DNA of 64,000 nucleotides from Macrostomum lignano (Eukaryota): NCBI GenBank assembly GCA_002269645.1, contig NIVC01001272.1, positions 62,001 to 126,000 of the forward strand, read 5' to 3'. Shown piece by piece: positions 54,372 to 64,000 of this stretch (position 1 is its first letter; each line of letters starts with the position of its first letter). The notes under the pieces were generated by a model. It saw only the letters and a program-made list of their open reading frames with translations, ran no database searches and was not told where the DNA came from. The position numbers and the translations under genes were made by a program.

Positions 54372-54653
54372 ATGTTAATTTCAAAGCTTTGCTATCTGAA
54401 AGTCCTGTTAGCGCTTGTAGCCCTGGGACCGATGACTGTTGCCGATGCGACTCCAAAGAACGATGCACCGCGGATCTACATCGACACCTACTGCATGAAG
54501 CTGGCCGGCGTCAACTCTCTAGTGTGCGTGGTCAACTCGCTGTTCGGCTGTGCGGCATCATCCAGCGGCGACTACAACAAGGTGGCGAACTGCCTGGCTG
54601 GCAGGTGCGGAGGATCGGCCGAGCTGATTGTTAGTTGTCTTAAAAAGCCATGA
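54372..54653 (+). CDS. Small secreted six-cysteine peptide precursor (93 aa), single coding exon
   Basis: Hydrophobic N-terminus with A-D-A cleavage site, six Cys in the predicted mature part, GC-rich coding-like composition against AT-rich flanks, TATA-like motifs at 54237 and 54268, AATAAA at 54710-54715. Confidence 0.7.
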   Translation: MLISKLCYLKVLLALVALGPMTVADATPKNDAPRIYIDTYCMKLAGVNSLVCVVNSLFGCAASSSGDYNKVANCLAGRCGGSAELIVSCLKKP

Positions 54654-56436
54654 TATTGCAGTTGCGCTTTTCAATTGACTTTCGCAAGATTTTTTACTAG
54701 TTACGATTGAATAAAACAAATCGATACGGTCTTGAAAAATAAGTGATTGGCAAATATTACTCATGTGAGAACTTCAAATTTGCAACGCATTAGCAGCAAG
54801 TGAAGTTGACTGGCAACGCTATGCTCACTAATCTTAAAGACTTTGCTGGAATGTATTTTTTCGAATCTTGAACTGGAAACAAGCTTACGAAAAGCATTGT
54901 CGAGTTGGGTATTTTTTCCGCTAGTATGATCGCTATATTTTTCCTTATTGGTTTTTAAGAGCAAATAAACCAATGTTCAAGTCATTTGCCTGCAGGTTAA
55001 TGCAACATTTTTAAAGCCAATTCTTTCATATTTAACTGATAATCAGCCAAACAGGCATCTATCCACGCAGCTGTCAAATGATTCCCAGTGACGTCGGGTA
55101 CGTCGGCAGACGTTGAAATGTTGCACTCACGGGCTCAAGTCAAGATTGCACTAAACTAATCAAACAATACTAGGATTTCAGCATAAAGTTTCAAGTTGCA
55201 TAAGACTTTATGACTATAATAGAAAGATTTAAGCTTAAGAGCAGAAATAAACTGGTATAGACTAGAAGTGGATGCAGCGCTCTCCGAGAGAGGTCAGTGA
55301 GTTCTCTAAACAGTTCCGATTGCTATGCTTCTGAACGGGGGGGTAGGGAGGGTCTGGTTACTTCGGCCAGAAAGATTGTTAAAAACAAGTTAAAAGTTAA
55401 AAACAAGTTTACAATAACTAATTCATTTAAAGTATTCTTTTATTCTCCCATGTAGAAAATGCGCTTTTGACTTCACTCGTAAAAGTTTGGAAATTCAGAC
55501 ATCAATACATGACAGGCATTCATAGTTCGAACAGTTATATTTTTGCAGCAGCAATCAAGTGTCCTTGTAGAAATTTCGCGCTTGCAGAGACTCTCTGTGG
55601 CAATCCTCACAATAAAAGAATAGTTGTAGTGTAGTCTTACTGCCTAAAGTCTAGCAATAAAAATTATGACACTATTAGTCTTCTTGCACAGATTTTTAGT
55701 AAAACGATTTCTCTTCAGTAGCACAGGTGTAGTTGCACACTTTTCACTAACTTCCTTAAAAAAACTGCGATGCCATTTAGACCAGTCTGAGGCAAAAATG
55801 AGTCTGCAATCGATGACAAAGTACTCAGAATATGTATCATTCAGTCAAAGATGTCGACCAGGCCCTGGACATCTCTGGATGTACGTTTGGGTATGGTTCA
55901 CCGAATGAATGCACTTCTGCTTGGTGATGACATTCATGAAGACCTTAGCCACTCACTTGAGTACTTACATAAACTTACTTACACTTGATGCTGTTCAATT
56001 GTAGCGTTCGTTTCTCTCGTAAATGGTAAATGTGTTGAAGGTAACAGGAAGCTATGAGACATGGAGAGTCGTGAAGTTCTGCTGGCAAAATTGATTGCAG
56101 TTATGAAAAACGTAACTCTCTAAAAGGTAAATTAATTGTACACGCCGACGTCAATTTGCTCAAGTTATCAAGTACTTGCACTCTATTATTTCAACAAAAC
56201 AGCATCATAGCGTTATTTGATGCCTGAAATTGGGAAATTGGGAAATCGTTTGCGTCTGGTTTGCTACATGAGACGAATCGAATCGCCTCGCCTCAAATAC
56301 CATTGATTTTTTTTTTCAATCTTAATTTTGCAAAATTGAAAATTCTAAACTTCTTAACCATACAGAAGGCGCTCTCACCTTCAAATTAAAATAAAATCCT
56401 TTCCGCTGACAATTGCATTATTAAAATAGTTTTAAT

Positions 56437-56854
56437 TGTTGTCTCAGCTTTTATAACCGGTAAGTAGTAGGCTAGTCCTAGCGTTTCTTAGGTTAGTTTT
56501 TCAAGTATTCAGGAAGTGATCAACATGGGAGATCTCGTCCTCGGCCGGGAGCAGTTCCGTGAGCTCGACCAAGTAGCCTGGACGGCCAAGGCTGGATTCG
56601 GACTGGGTGTCTGCGCCACGCGTTGATCTTCGTGGTCGTGGTCGTATGGTGTCTGTGCAGATGCTGCTGTCGGAGACGTCATCAGCAGTCGAGAGCGGCG
56701 GCGACGGTTCGCGAGACCGAGCTGTAGGTGAGTAGTAGGGTAGGCGGTCTCAGCAGCCTATTCGCGGCAGAACTGACGCAGTCGGTGATGATGCCGTGGT
56801 TTTGAACGATCCACCGGCCCTTTTCAGGGCCACCACTTATAATGATGTTGTACA
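56437..56854 (-). repeat. Candidate 3' LTR of the Gypsy element
   Basis: On the minus strand it starts TGTACA after a short purine run (AGCAGAAAA) and ends ...ACAACA. The 5' LTR is not in the window, so this is unconfirmed. Confidence 0.35.
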
Positions 56855-57359
56855 TTTTCTGCTGTTGTCACTAGAGTTTTCTGAATGGTGTCCTTGTCGA
56901 GCCAGTCGAAGTGTAGGGCAGGGTTGGGCAGGGTCGAGCTGGATCAGGCTGAGTTGAGCAGGACCATTGTCAGAACGTTCGTGTCTCAAAAAGACGAGCA
57001 AGAAGAAGGAAAGAGAAGGGAGTCAAGAAAGTCGATTTGGAGTTGCCGTAGTTTGTGAGAAGAGAGTGAAGAATGATGAGTTAGCAGTTGCTGTTTTGTA
57101 ATAAGAAATATGTCTTGTTATGGCATAAATATATTGTAATCATAACTGGGTGTGGAAAGTTGATGCCTAAATTGCTTTTTAATTCTGTTGTGTCTTGAAC
57201 TATTCTAATGCTAAGGAAGAAGTCGAGTTGATAAGAGTCTTTAAAGTAGGTGTCTAGGGTAAATTAGGGTACTAAGAAGAAGAAAGTGAAGGAGGTAAAG
57301 TTTTGCTAAGCTAAAATAACAATAATGGTAGCTTTTCGGTCCAGTCTGTGCACGCGTGA

Positions 57360-60300
57360 TCACTCAGGGTTGGCGTCTACGTAGACGTTGCGCGAACGTA
57401 GCTGATAGCGTGGCGCTGGTGTTGGTGTGGTTGGTTGAGCAGATATTTGGTCAGATTGATTCGGGTCGTTTTGCGTATTATCAGTCTGCTGGCTGACCGT
57501 CTTTGTCAGCGGCTGTTGGTGGTTGTGGTGTTCTCGAGTCAGCGTCCGAGTGAGTTGAGGTAGAAATATCTCGACCGATAGTTGATCAGATGATGGTTTC
57601 AATTTAGAGGCGTGCGTGACCATTGGTGGAGCATCCAGCTTGTTGATGTCCTGTATTAGAGCGTTCTGCGGTGATACCCATTTAGGGAGACGGAACGGTC
57701 CTCGATGAGGGTTATAAAACTTTGAGGCTTTCTGTTCGGAGATCTCTAGGTAGCAGCGAGAACCAGGTTGTAGTCGGTAAGTCGTTGGTGGAGTCTCCTC
57801 ATTATGTCGTCGGGCTCGCTCCTCTGCAGTAGCGTGGAGGTAATGGAGGGCGACATCTCGAGTCAGAGTAATGCTGGAGCAAATGGTTTCCAATGGTTGT
57901 ATGTTGTCGGAGTAAACAGAGATCTGGTGATCAAGGATTCGCGAGCTCATAGCTTGGAAATCGCGAGCAAAGATTAGGTAAAATGGTGATTCGCGCATCA
58001 CAGTGTGGGCGGCAGTGCTGAGGGCGAGCGTCACTGCTGGTAGGTGCTCCATCCATTTGTCTTGCACGAACGTGGTGAGTTGCCTGCTTCAGTGTTCGGT
58101 GCGCTCTTTCGACGAAGTTGCTTGACGGCTGATAGTAGGAGGTGTAGATTAGTTTAATTCCGAGGGCTGCAATATAGTCTCTGAATTCCGTAGAGATGAA
58201 CTGTGGTCCGTTGTCTAGGATGATGTGAGTAGGTATGCCAGCGAGTGCGAAGACATGGCGAAATAGGTGTTCACACACCGTTGACGATGTTGTGTCGGCT
58301 AGTGGGATTGTGAAGAGAAATTTGCTAACTCCGCATTGTGCCGTCAAGATGTACTTGTAGACGTCTCGCTGATGATGTGCAGATGGTAGTGGACCGACCA
58401 GGTCGATGGCTAGGTGTGAGAAGACGTTAGCGAACTTAACTGCTCTGAGTTCAGGGTGGAATTTTCGACCAGGTTTCGCTCGATGGCATATTTCACATTT
58501 CTTGACGTAGTCCATGGTAACAATTCGGCCAATAGTAGTATCGAGAGAGTCGTAACCAGGTTTTTTCAAAACCGAGGTGACCGCCAAACGGTGAACTGTG
58601 ACTCTCATTTAGTAGGGCCTGCTGATATTCGGTTGGGATTACTAGTCGCAGGTTGGAATTGCCCTTTGCTGACTCATAGTAGAGTGTTTCGTTCGCGTAA
58701 TGGCAGTTGTCTATGTGATTTCGTACATATCTCAGGTCTGTCTTTGGTAGAGTGTGCGACTGGTCCTCATCATCTCCGCTCAATAGAAAGATTATTGTGG
58801 CATATAGCAGTGATTGTTTGACGGCTTTCCGAAGTTTTTGAAACGTGGGATCGGATGCAGCAGTTGTACCTCCGGAATTCGCGATAGGCAATCGGCAACG
58901 GTATTCGCCTTTCCGGTAATGTACTTGAATGTAAACTGATAACCCTGTAGATATAGAATCCATTTTTGTAATCGCCGGGACAGTGGTTGTCAGCGAAAAG
59001 CGATTGGAGCTGCTGGTGATCAGAGTAGATGGTGAACGGCTGGTAAGAGGCATACAAGAAAACATGGAGTTTCTTGATCGCCCAATAGATGCATAGGCTT
59101 CTCGTTCGATTGCCGGGTATCGTTGTTCAGTGGTCGATAGTGTCTTCGAGATGTAGGCCACAGGCTGTTGGTGTCCTTCGGAGTCTGCTTGGGAGAGTAC
59201 GGCGCCGATAGCCGTATCCGAGGCGTCGGTGTGGAGGACATACGGCTTGTAAGGGTCCGGGTGGACTAGTCGGATTCTGTGGTGAGCATATTTTTGAGCA
59301 GATCGAATGCTGACTGCTGTTCCTTGTTCCAGATTATCTTTTTCGTCTTGGATGCGTTGCGCAGGGCGTTGAGTAGTGGTGCAACTATTGTGGAGTATCC
59401 CTTGATGTGCGTTCGATAGAAGTTCGCCATTTCTAGAAAAGATTGTAGTTGTTTCACTGTCATTGGGATCGAAAAGTTGTTGATTTTCTCAACCAGGGAT
59501 GGTGCTGGTCTGATGCCGTCTTCAGAGACTTGAAAACCAAGATATTGAACTTCCGGTTTCGCAAAGACACATTTTCGAAGTGAAATTCTAAGTCCATGTT
59601 GCCTCAGTTTGTGTAGAAAGTGTTCGAGTTCAACCACCATGTCGTTGAAATCTCCAGAGATGAGCAGTATGTCATCTAGATATGCGATTAGGTTCGGTGA
59701 GTCCGCAGTTAGTAGCGAGACGAGACGACACATGATGCTAGGGCTTGATTTGAGGCCTTGCGGAAGTCTATTGAATTGCCAAAGAAGTCCGTTTGGCGCC
59801 ATAAAGGCTGTGTACTTTGAGCTCTGTGGATCTAGTCGAACTTGGTAGCTCGTAGAAAGCGTCAGCGAGGTCACTGAGAGAAAACAGTTTAGCGCTTCTC
59901 AGCCGGTGTAGTAGATCAGGTATTTTCGGAGGTCGTATGCTTGGCGTGCTAATGATCTTGTTCAATCTGCGGAAGTCGGCAACGAGGCGGAATTGTCGTC
60001 GGCCTTGTTCATCGAGTGTTTTCTTTTTGACAAGTAGACATGGGCTGGAGTATTCGGATTCACTCGGGCTGAGGATGCCTTTCCGGACGAAGTTGCTTAT
60101 TAGCTCGTCAAAGCGCTCCTGTAGGCTATGTGCGATTGGGAATGGCCGTGACGTGATTGGGTCGGAATGCTGGTGGACACTAATTTTGGCCGTGTATTGT
60201 GTCGTGCAGCCCATATCGGTTGGCAGGAGGGCCAGTGTGTCATGAAATCGGGATAGAATTTCAACCCCTTGTTTCCGTTGGTCCAGTGATAAGTGTTGAT

Positions 60301-61140
60301 TCTACTTAATCTAGTTGGTCTTTGATCAAGTCTTCGTCGCTTTTTGTCATATCAGGTGTGACATCCAAGGCGTTGATTTCTGTTATGGCTGGCGCTGAGG
60401 CTAGCGTATAGTCTGCTGGGTCTGACAGTGCGCCGAGATGAGTTCTGGCATATAGCGGAAGTATCGGATTCGAAATCTGATGCAGTATGGAGCGTCCGGT
60501 TTTGTCAGTCTGGCATAATGATGCTGCTAGAAGTAGCTTGTAGCGTTGCATCGTATGGTCCTTTGGGATAAATAGGACTGGCTGTAGCGGAGTGCCAGGT
60601 GTGGAAAGTTCGGCTGACACCCACGTTGTGCTGTCTGTGTTGTCTGTGCTGGGATGTGGGGGGCTTTCGGAAGTTGGACGTTGACTGTGTTCGTTGGAAC
60701 AGCCATCGTACTGAGCATCGGAAATGTCGTACCATCGATTTGGGCTTGAAGGTCTTGAAGGTCTCTACCCCAAGGATGAGATCATATTCTTTGGACATGT
60801 TGTCCAGAACGAAGGCAGACAGACATCTTGTGTTCCTTTGAGCCAATCAGTATGCAGAAACTGGCTTGTTTCTTAATGTGGATCAGTGGATCAGTTGTCC
60901 GCCTGCACATTGCACGTGAAGTGAGTGTGGTGTGATCTTGGCGTTCAGTTTCTGTGCAAAAGTCAGTGAGATGCAACTGATTGAGGCGCCGCTGTCGATG
61001 AGAGCCGTGCATTTGTGTCTTGTCGCTGGAGGCATAGTGCACCATAGTGTTATCAACGTGCGCGTGGTGAGATGTTTGAGGACGGTGTTGTATGCGATTG
61101 GCCATGGAGGAACCGGTGGTTTAGGCGCAGGTATTGGTTT
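57360..61140 (-). pseudogene. pol (protease-RT-RNase H-integrase), split by many indels
   Basis: Protease Asp codon at 60996-60994; RT in ORFs 59768..60214 and 59266..59874; RNase H ~59270-58900; integrase in ORFs 58493..59161, 57931..58608, 57360..58067. Confidence 0.92.
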
Positions 61141-63069
61141 TCACACCGTCGTAGGAGCTGGTTCGGTCTGTTGTGCCCGTCGTGGTGGTGAGGAGTTTAT
61201 TAGTACCATTGGTACTTGGTTTGGAGCTCGAGTGGGTGAGGATGCATGGCGCCGTCTGCTCCTTGGGCTATCTGTTGTTCGGAGGACCATCAGACGGGGT
61301 GTACGTCCGTATCGTACCGTGTTCGCGACGCAGAAGCGACCAATATTGCAGATGAAGATTAGTAGTGCGGCATACACGATGACCGCGGAGCTGAACAGGA
61401 AACGTTCCATGTGGTTGTCGCGGAATCGTTCCCAATTAAAGATGGAGGTGCTCCAGAGATTCTTAAATGCTTGTGTGGCGTCCAGTCTGAAGTTTGAGGC
61501 GTCGGATAGCAGTTCTTGGCGAGTTTTGTTGTTCATCTTGAAGACAGTAACTAGGAAATCTCTTGTTTGCATGAATTGTTCCATCATGTCTGTGACGGTG
61601 ACCGGACTTCGCAGAGTGCTGTAGTTGACATCGCCAATGGGTGTGAAAATGCTCTGTCTCAGGTCGTTATAGAGTGATTGTAAAAGGTACGTTTCGTCCG
61701 TGACCTGATGTGGGTCTAGTTCGCGAATGTCACTGAAATTAGTCGTTGCTTTGAAGATAAAGGTGTCTTTGGTAGATAGTATCCATCTTGATATTCGCAC
61801 GGTATTAGTGGTGGTTTCGCGGTTGAGACGATGAGCGTGGTGGTATCCAGATAAGCTAGTACGCTCCTGTTCTGCAGCAGCTAAGAGTGCTGCAGTGCTG
61901 CAGCAGCTAAGAGTGTGCTGAAACGGTGTAACTGCAAATGTTAAAGCTAGTGTTTGGTCGTCGTTGATGAAAAAGTTGGAGTGCTGTAGTCCATTCAGCG
62001 CACGATACGGTATGAGTGAACAATCTGATTGTGGTGGTACGCTCCAAGACAGCGTTAGTTGTCGCTCGCCTGCTGCGTGGAGAGTGGCGACGGCCAGTGG
62101 AGTTAGTTATGTCCACGCCGCTGTCAGAAGCTGATGTGGTAGATTAAAGCGCATCATCTGTTCCACAGTTGTCGGGATGATGCAACCTTTTGTTGAATAA
62201 ACACAATGTTTGATTGAAACGCCAGTGATTATTCCATCGGATCTGTTGGACTAGCAAAAGCGGCGATTTTAGTAATCAAGGTGGATGCCGTTATCGTTTG
62301 AGTACGGGAGGCAAGGCAGTTGTCCTGCAAAGATGTCTGTATGGCTGACCGGAATAGTTGTTGGCCAGAAACTGTTGCTGCGATTTGTAGTTGGCCATCA
62401 GGTGAGTTTCTGGACTCGACCCATTGTTGACAAGCGAGTGGCGTTATCGATTTCGATTGCACAGTTATTGAATATTTGGGCTTCGGGAAAAGTGCGTAAG
62501 TGTGAGCCAAGACGATTGCAGTTGATTGTTATTTCTTCCCGATAACAAATGTTCATCATTATCCGGGTCTTCGCTAGGTTCGAAGTGTAGAGCCGTAGAC
62601 GCACTGGGACGGCTTTTGCTTCTTGTGGGTTGAAGGACTCGCACCGTATTTCGGTAGGAATCTTGAAAATTCGAACTGGGCCGTTGAGTGGGCAGACCAT
62701 TGGTGTGTCGACGAATGTCGGGTGATCGAGTGGTGCCGTTGCGTTACGTGTTTCGACACTTCCAATCAGAGTGGTGATCAGCAAACCAAGGAGTAGTACG
62801 TCTGGTTGACCGTGAGTGTTTAGATGAGTCGTCTTGCAGACCGGTTGTCTCAGAGGACGCTGAGTTGTGGGCGCGAAGTCCGGGCAGTCGGGAGTCCAGG
62901 AGACGACCTGGATGCCCATGAGAAGGTTGTACTGCGGTCCAGTCCCAGTGAAGTAGTATGGTCCACTAGTTGCTGGAGTAGACACATTGACTTCCGGTTT
63001 TGATTCCATGGCCTTGTCGGCACCCGTCGGCTGCGGTTGTTCAGTGCTGGAGGGGGCGCCTGTCGTCAC
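61141..63069 (-). pseudogene. Envelope-like membrane glycoprotein region, frameshifted
   Basis: Signal-like VLLLGLLITTLIGSV (~62800-62755), Cys-spaced ectodomain pieces (PMVCP, IRCES, NICY, LACQQW, DNCL, HCVYSTKGC, WSVPPQSDCS...LALTF), NxS/T sites, C-terminal hydrophobic FLFSSAVIVYAALLIFIC (~61402-61340). Confidence 0.65.
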
Positions 63070-64000
63070 GACCTGTAGGGCGTTTAGCGAGGCGGCTGGG
63101 GCTCGCGGTGATGGCGATCGTGAGTAACTTCCATTTGGTCGGTTTGGGCCATAGGAATTTCTGTTGGAGAAGCGGCCCTGTCGTCTGTCTGAGTGTTAAT
63201 ATTTGATTGCGCAGCATTCTCTGGTATTGTGAGATGTTGTGCGATGGAATTTGCAGTACTTTTTCTCAATACCACTAGTGAAAGGTGATTGTGAGCGCTG
63301 GCGTTGAGGGTTTTGGTCAAATCTCCTTTGACGACAGTCTCTGGCGATGTGGCCGACCTTGTTGCAGTTGTAACATTCGCGACTGGAAGGTCGTCTAGGT
63401 GGTTGAGGCAGTGTGGGACAGCGGCAAGTGTGGGTTTTGTAGTCTGGTTCCCGGATTCTAGGGCGGCTAGCCGTTTTGTGAGCTCGGCCATTTCGGTGGA
63501 GGCTGTGGCGTGAGTATTATCTCCAATTTGTTCTGCTCGGATGGCCTGACTCAGTAATTCTGGTTCCGTTTGGATTGGGATGCGCATCAGTTCTCGGCGA
63601 ATGTAGGGTAGCGTCCCGTTTATAATGTTGGCAATCAGTTTCGTTGTGAAATCATTGTCCCGTTGGCGGATTACAGCCTGGTTGGGGGGTTCGTTGAGAC
63701 CGTCGGGAATTGGTTCCGGTGCGATGGCGGGATAGACCGTGCGTAGTTTTTTGCGGACGTCGCTGAAGTATTGAGTGAACGATTCGCCGTGCTGCTGTCT
63801 TCGATTTGCAATTTGTTGCAGAAGTGAGTTGGATCCGTTTGTCAGGTCTCGAATGCGGGCACGCATGTGCTCAAGCATGCCCGTGTAGGTACCTTGTTGC
63901 GCGGGCGTCAAATTGGAGAATTCGATTTTGAGCAAATCGTTTAAGAATCGCGGGAAAATTCGAAGCTTAGTATCATCATCCAAGTTGAAAGTGCGGGTGG
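63070..64000 (-). pseudogene. gag (capsid-like helical region plus two zinc knuckles), runs off the window
   Basis: ORF 63084..63983 (RRQQHGESFTQYFSDVRK-type Gag motif) shifts frame near 63418 into CYNCNKVGHIARDC (63375-63334) and CKFHRTTSHNTREC (63255-63214). Confidence 0.85.

Larger units (their letters stand above)
56437..64000 (-). mobile_element. Ty3/Gypsy LTR retrotransposon with gag-env-like-pol order; heavily frameshifted; 5' part beyond the window
   Basis: Order on the minus strand: gag, glycoprotein-like region, protease (ALIDSGAS), RT (YLDD), RNase H (TDASD), integrase (HHCC, IDLVGP, DNGPQF, FVERAH, GPF). PR-RT-RH-IN order is Ty3/Gypsy. Confidence 0.9.

Noticed and set aside
57360-61140. 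Classifying the LTR element as BEL/Pao or Copia because of the gB-like env
   Set aside because: PR-RT-RH-IN order excludes Copia; RT (YLDD, RLPQGL), RNase H and GPF-bearing integrase motifs read as Ty3/Gypsy rather than BEL/Pao.

Overview
Eukaryotic, intron-containing, repeat-rich animal DNA, most likely from a flatworm (inference: the myosin N-terminus [18 protein letters not shown] matches flatworm muscle myosins as I recall them; a free-living species such as Macrostomum is plausible but unproven). Host genes reconstructed by hand from GT-AG junctions and phase: PLRG1/Prp46 (+, 6443-11385, start exon not found); an ankyrin-repeat channel with a TRPM-type membrane/TRP module (-, 14692-20601, ~1566 aa); a 20-exon muscle myosin heavy chain (+, 27690-39629, 1956 aa); an ankyrin-repeat + cGAS/Mab-21-like nucleotidyltransferase (+, 41945-45596, one 1-nt frameshift); a 3-exon unknown gene (+, 49119-53518); and an intronless secreted 6-Cys peptide (+, 54372-54653). 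Mobile DNA: a decayed DD34D mariner, three tRNA-head CORE-like SINE copies, several MITE/hAT-like elements, many mini/microsatellites, and a frameshifted Ty3/Gypsy element at the right end (-). The strongest candidate for an undescribed system is that Gypsy element: an envelope-like glycoprotein region lies BETWEEN gag and the protease (gag-env-pol). It is in frame with the Gag zinc knuckles upstream and the protease motif downstream, each junction carrying a single stop codon. All family assignments come from motif recognition, not database searches.
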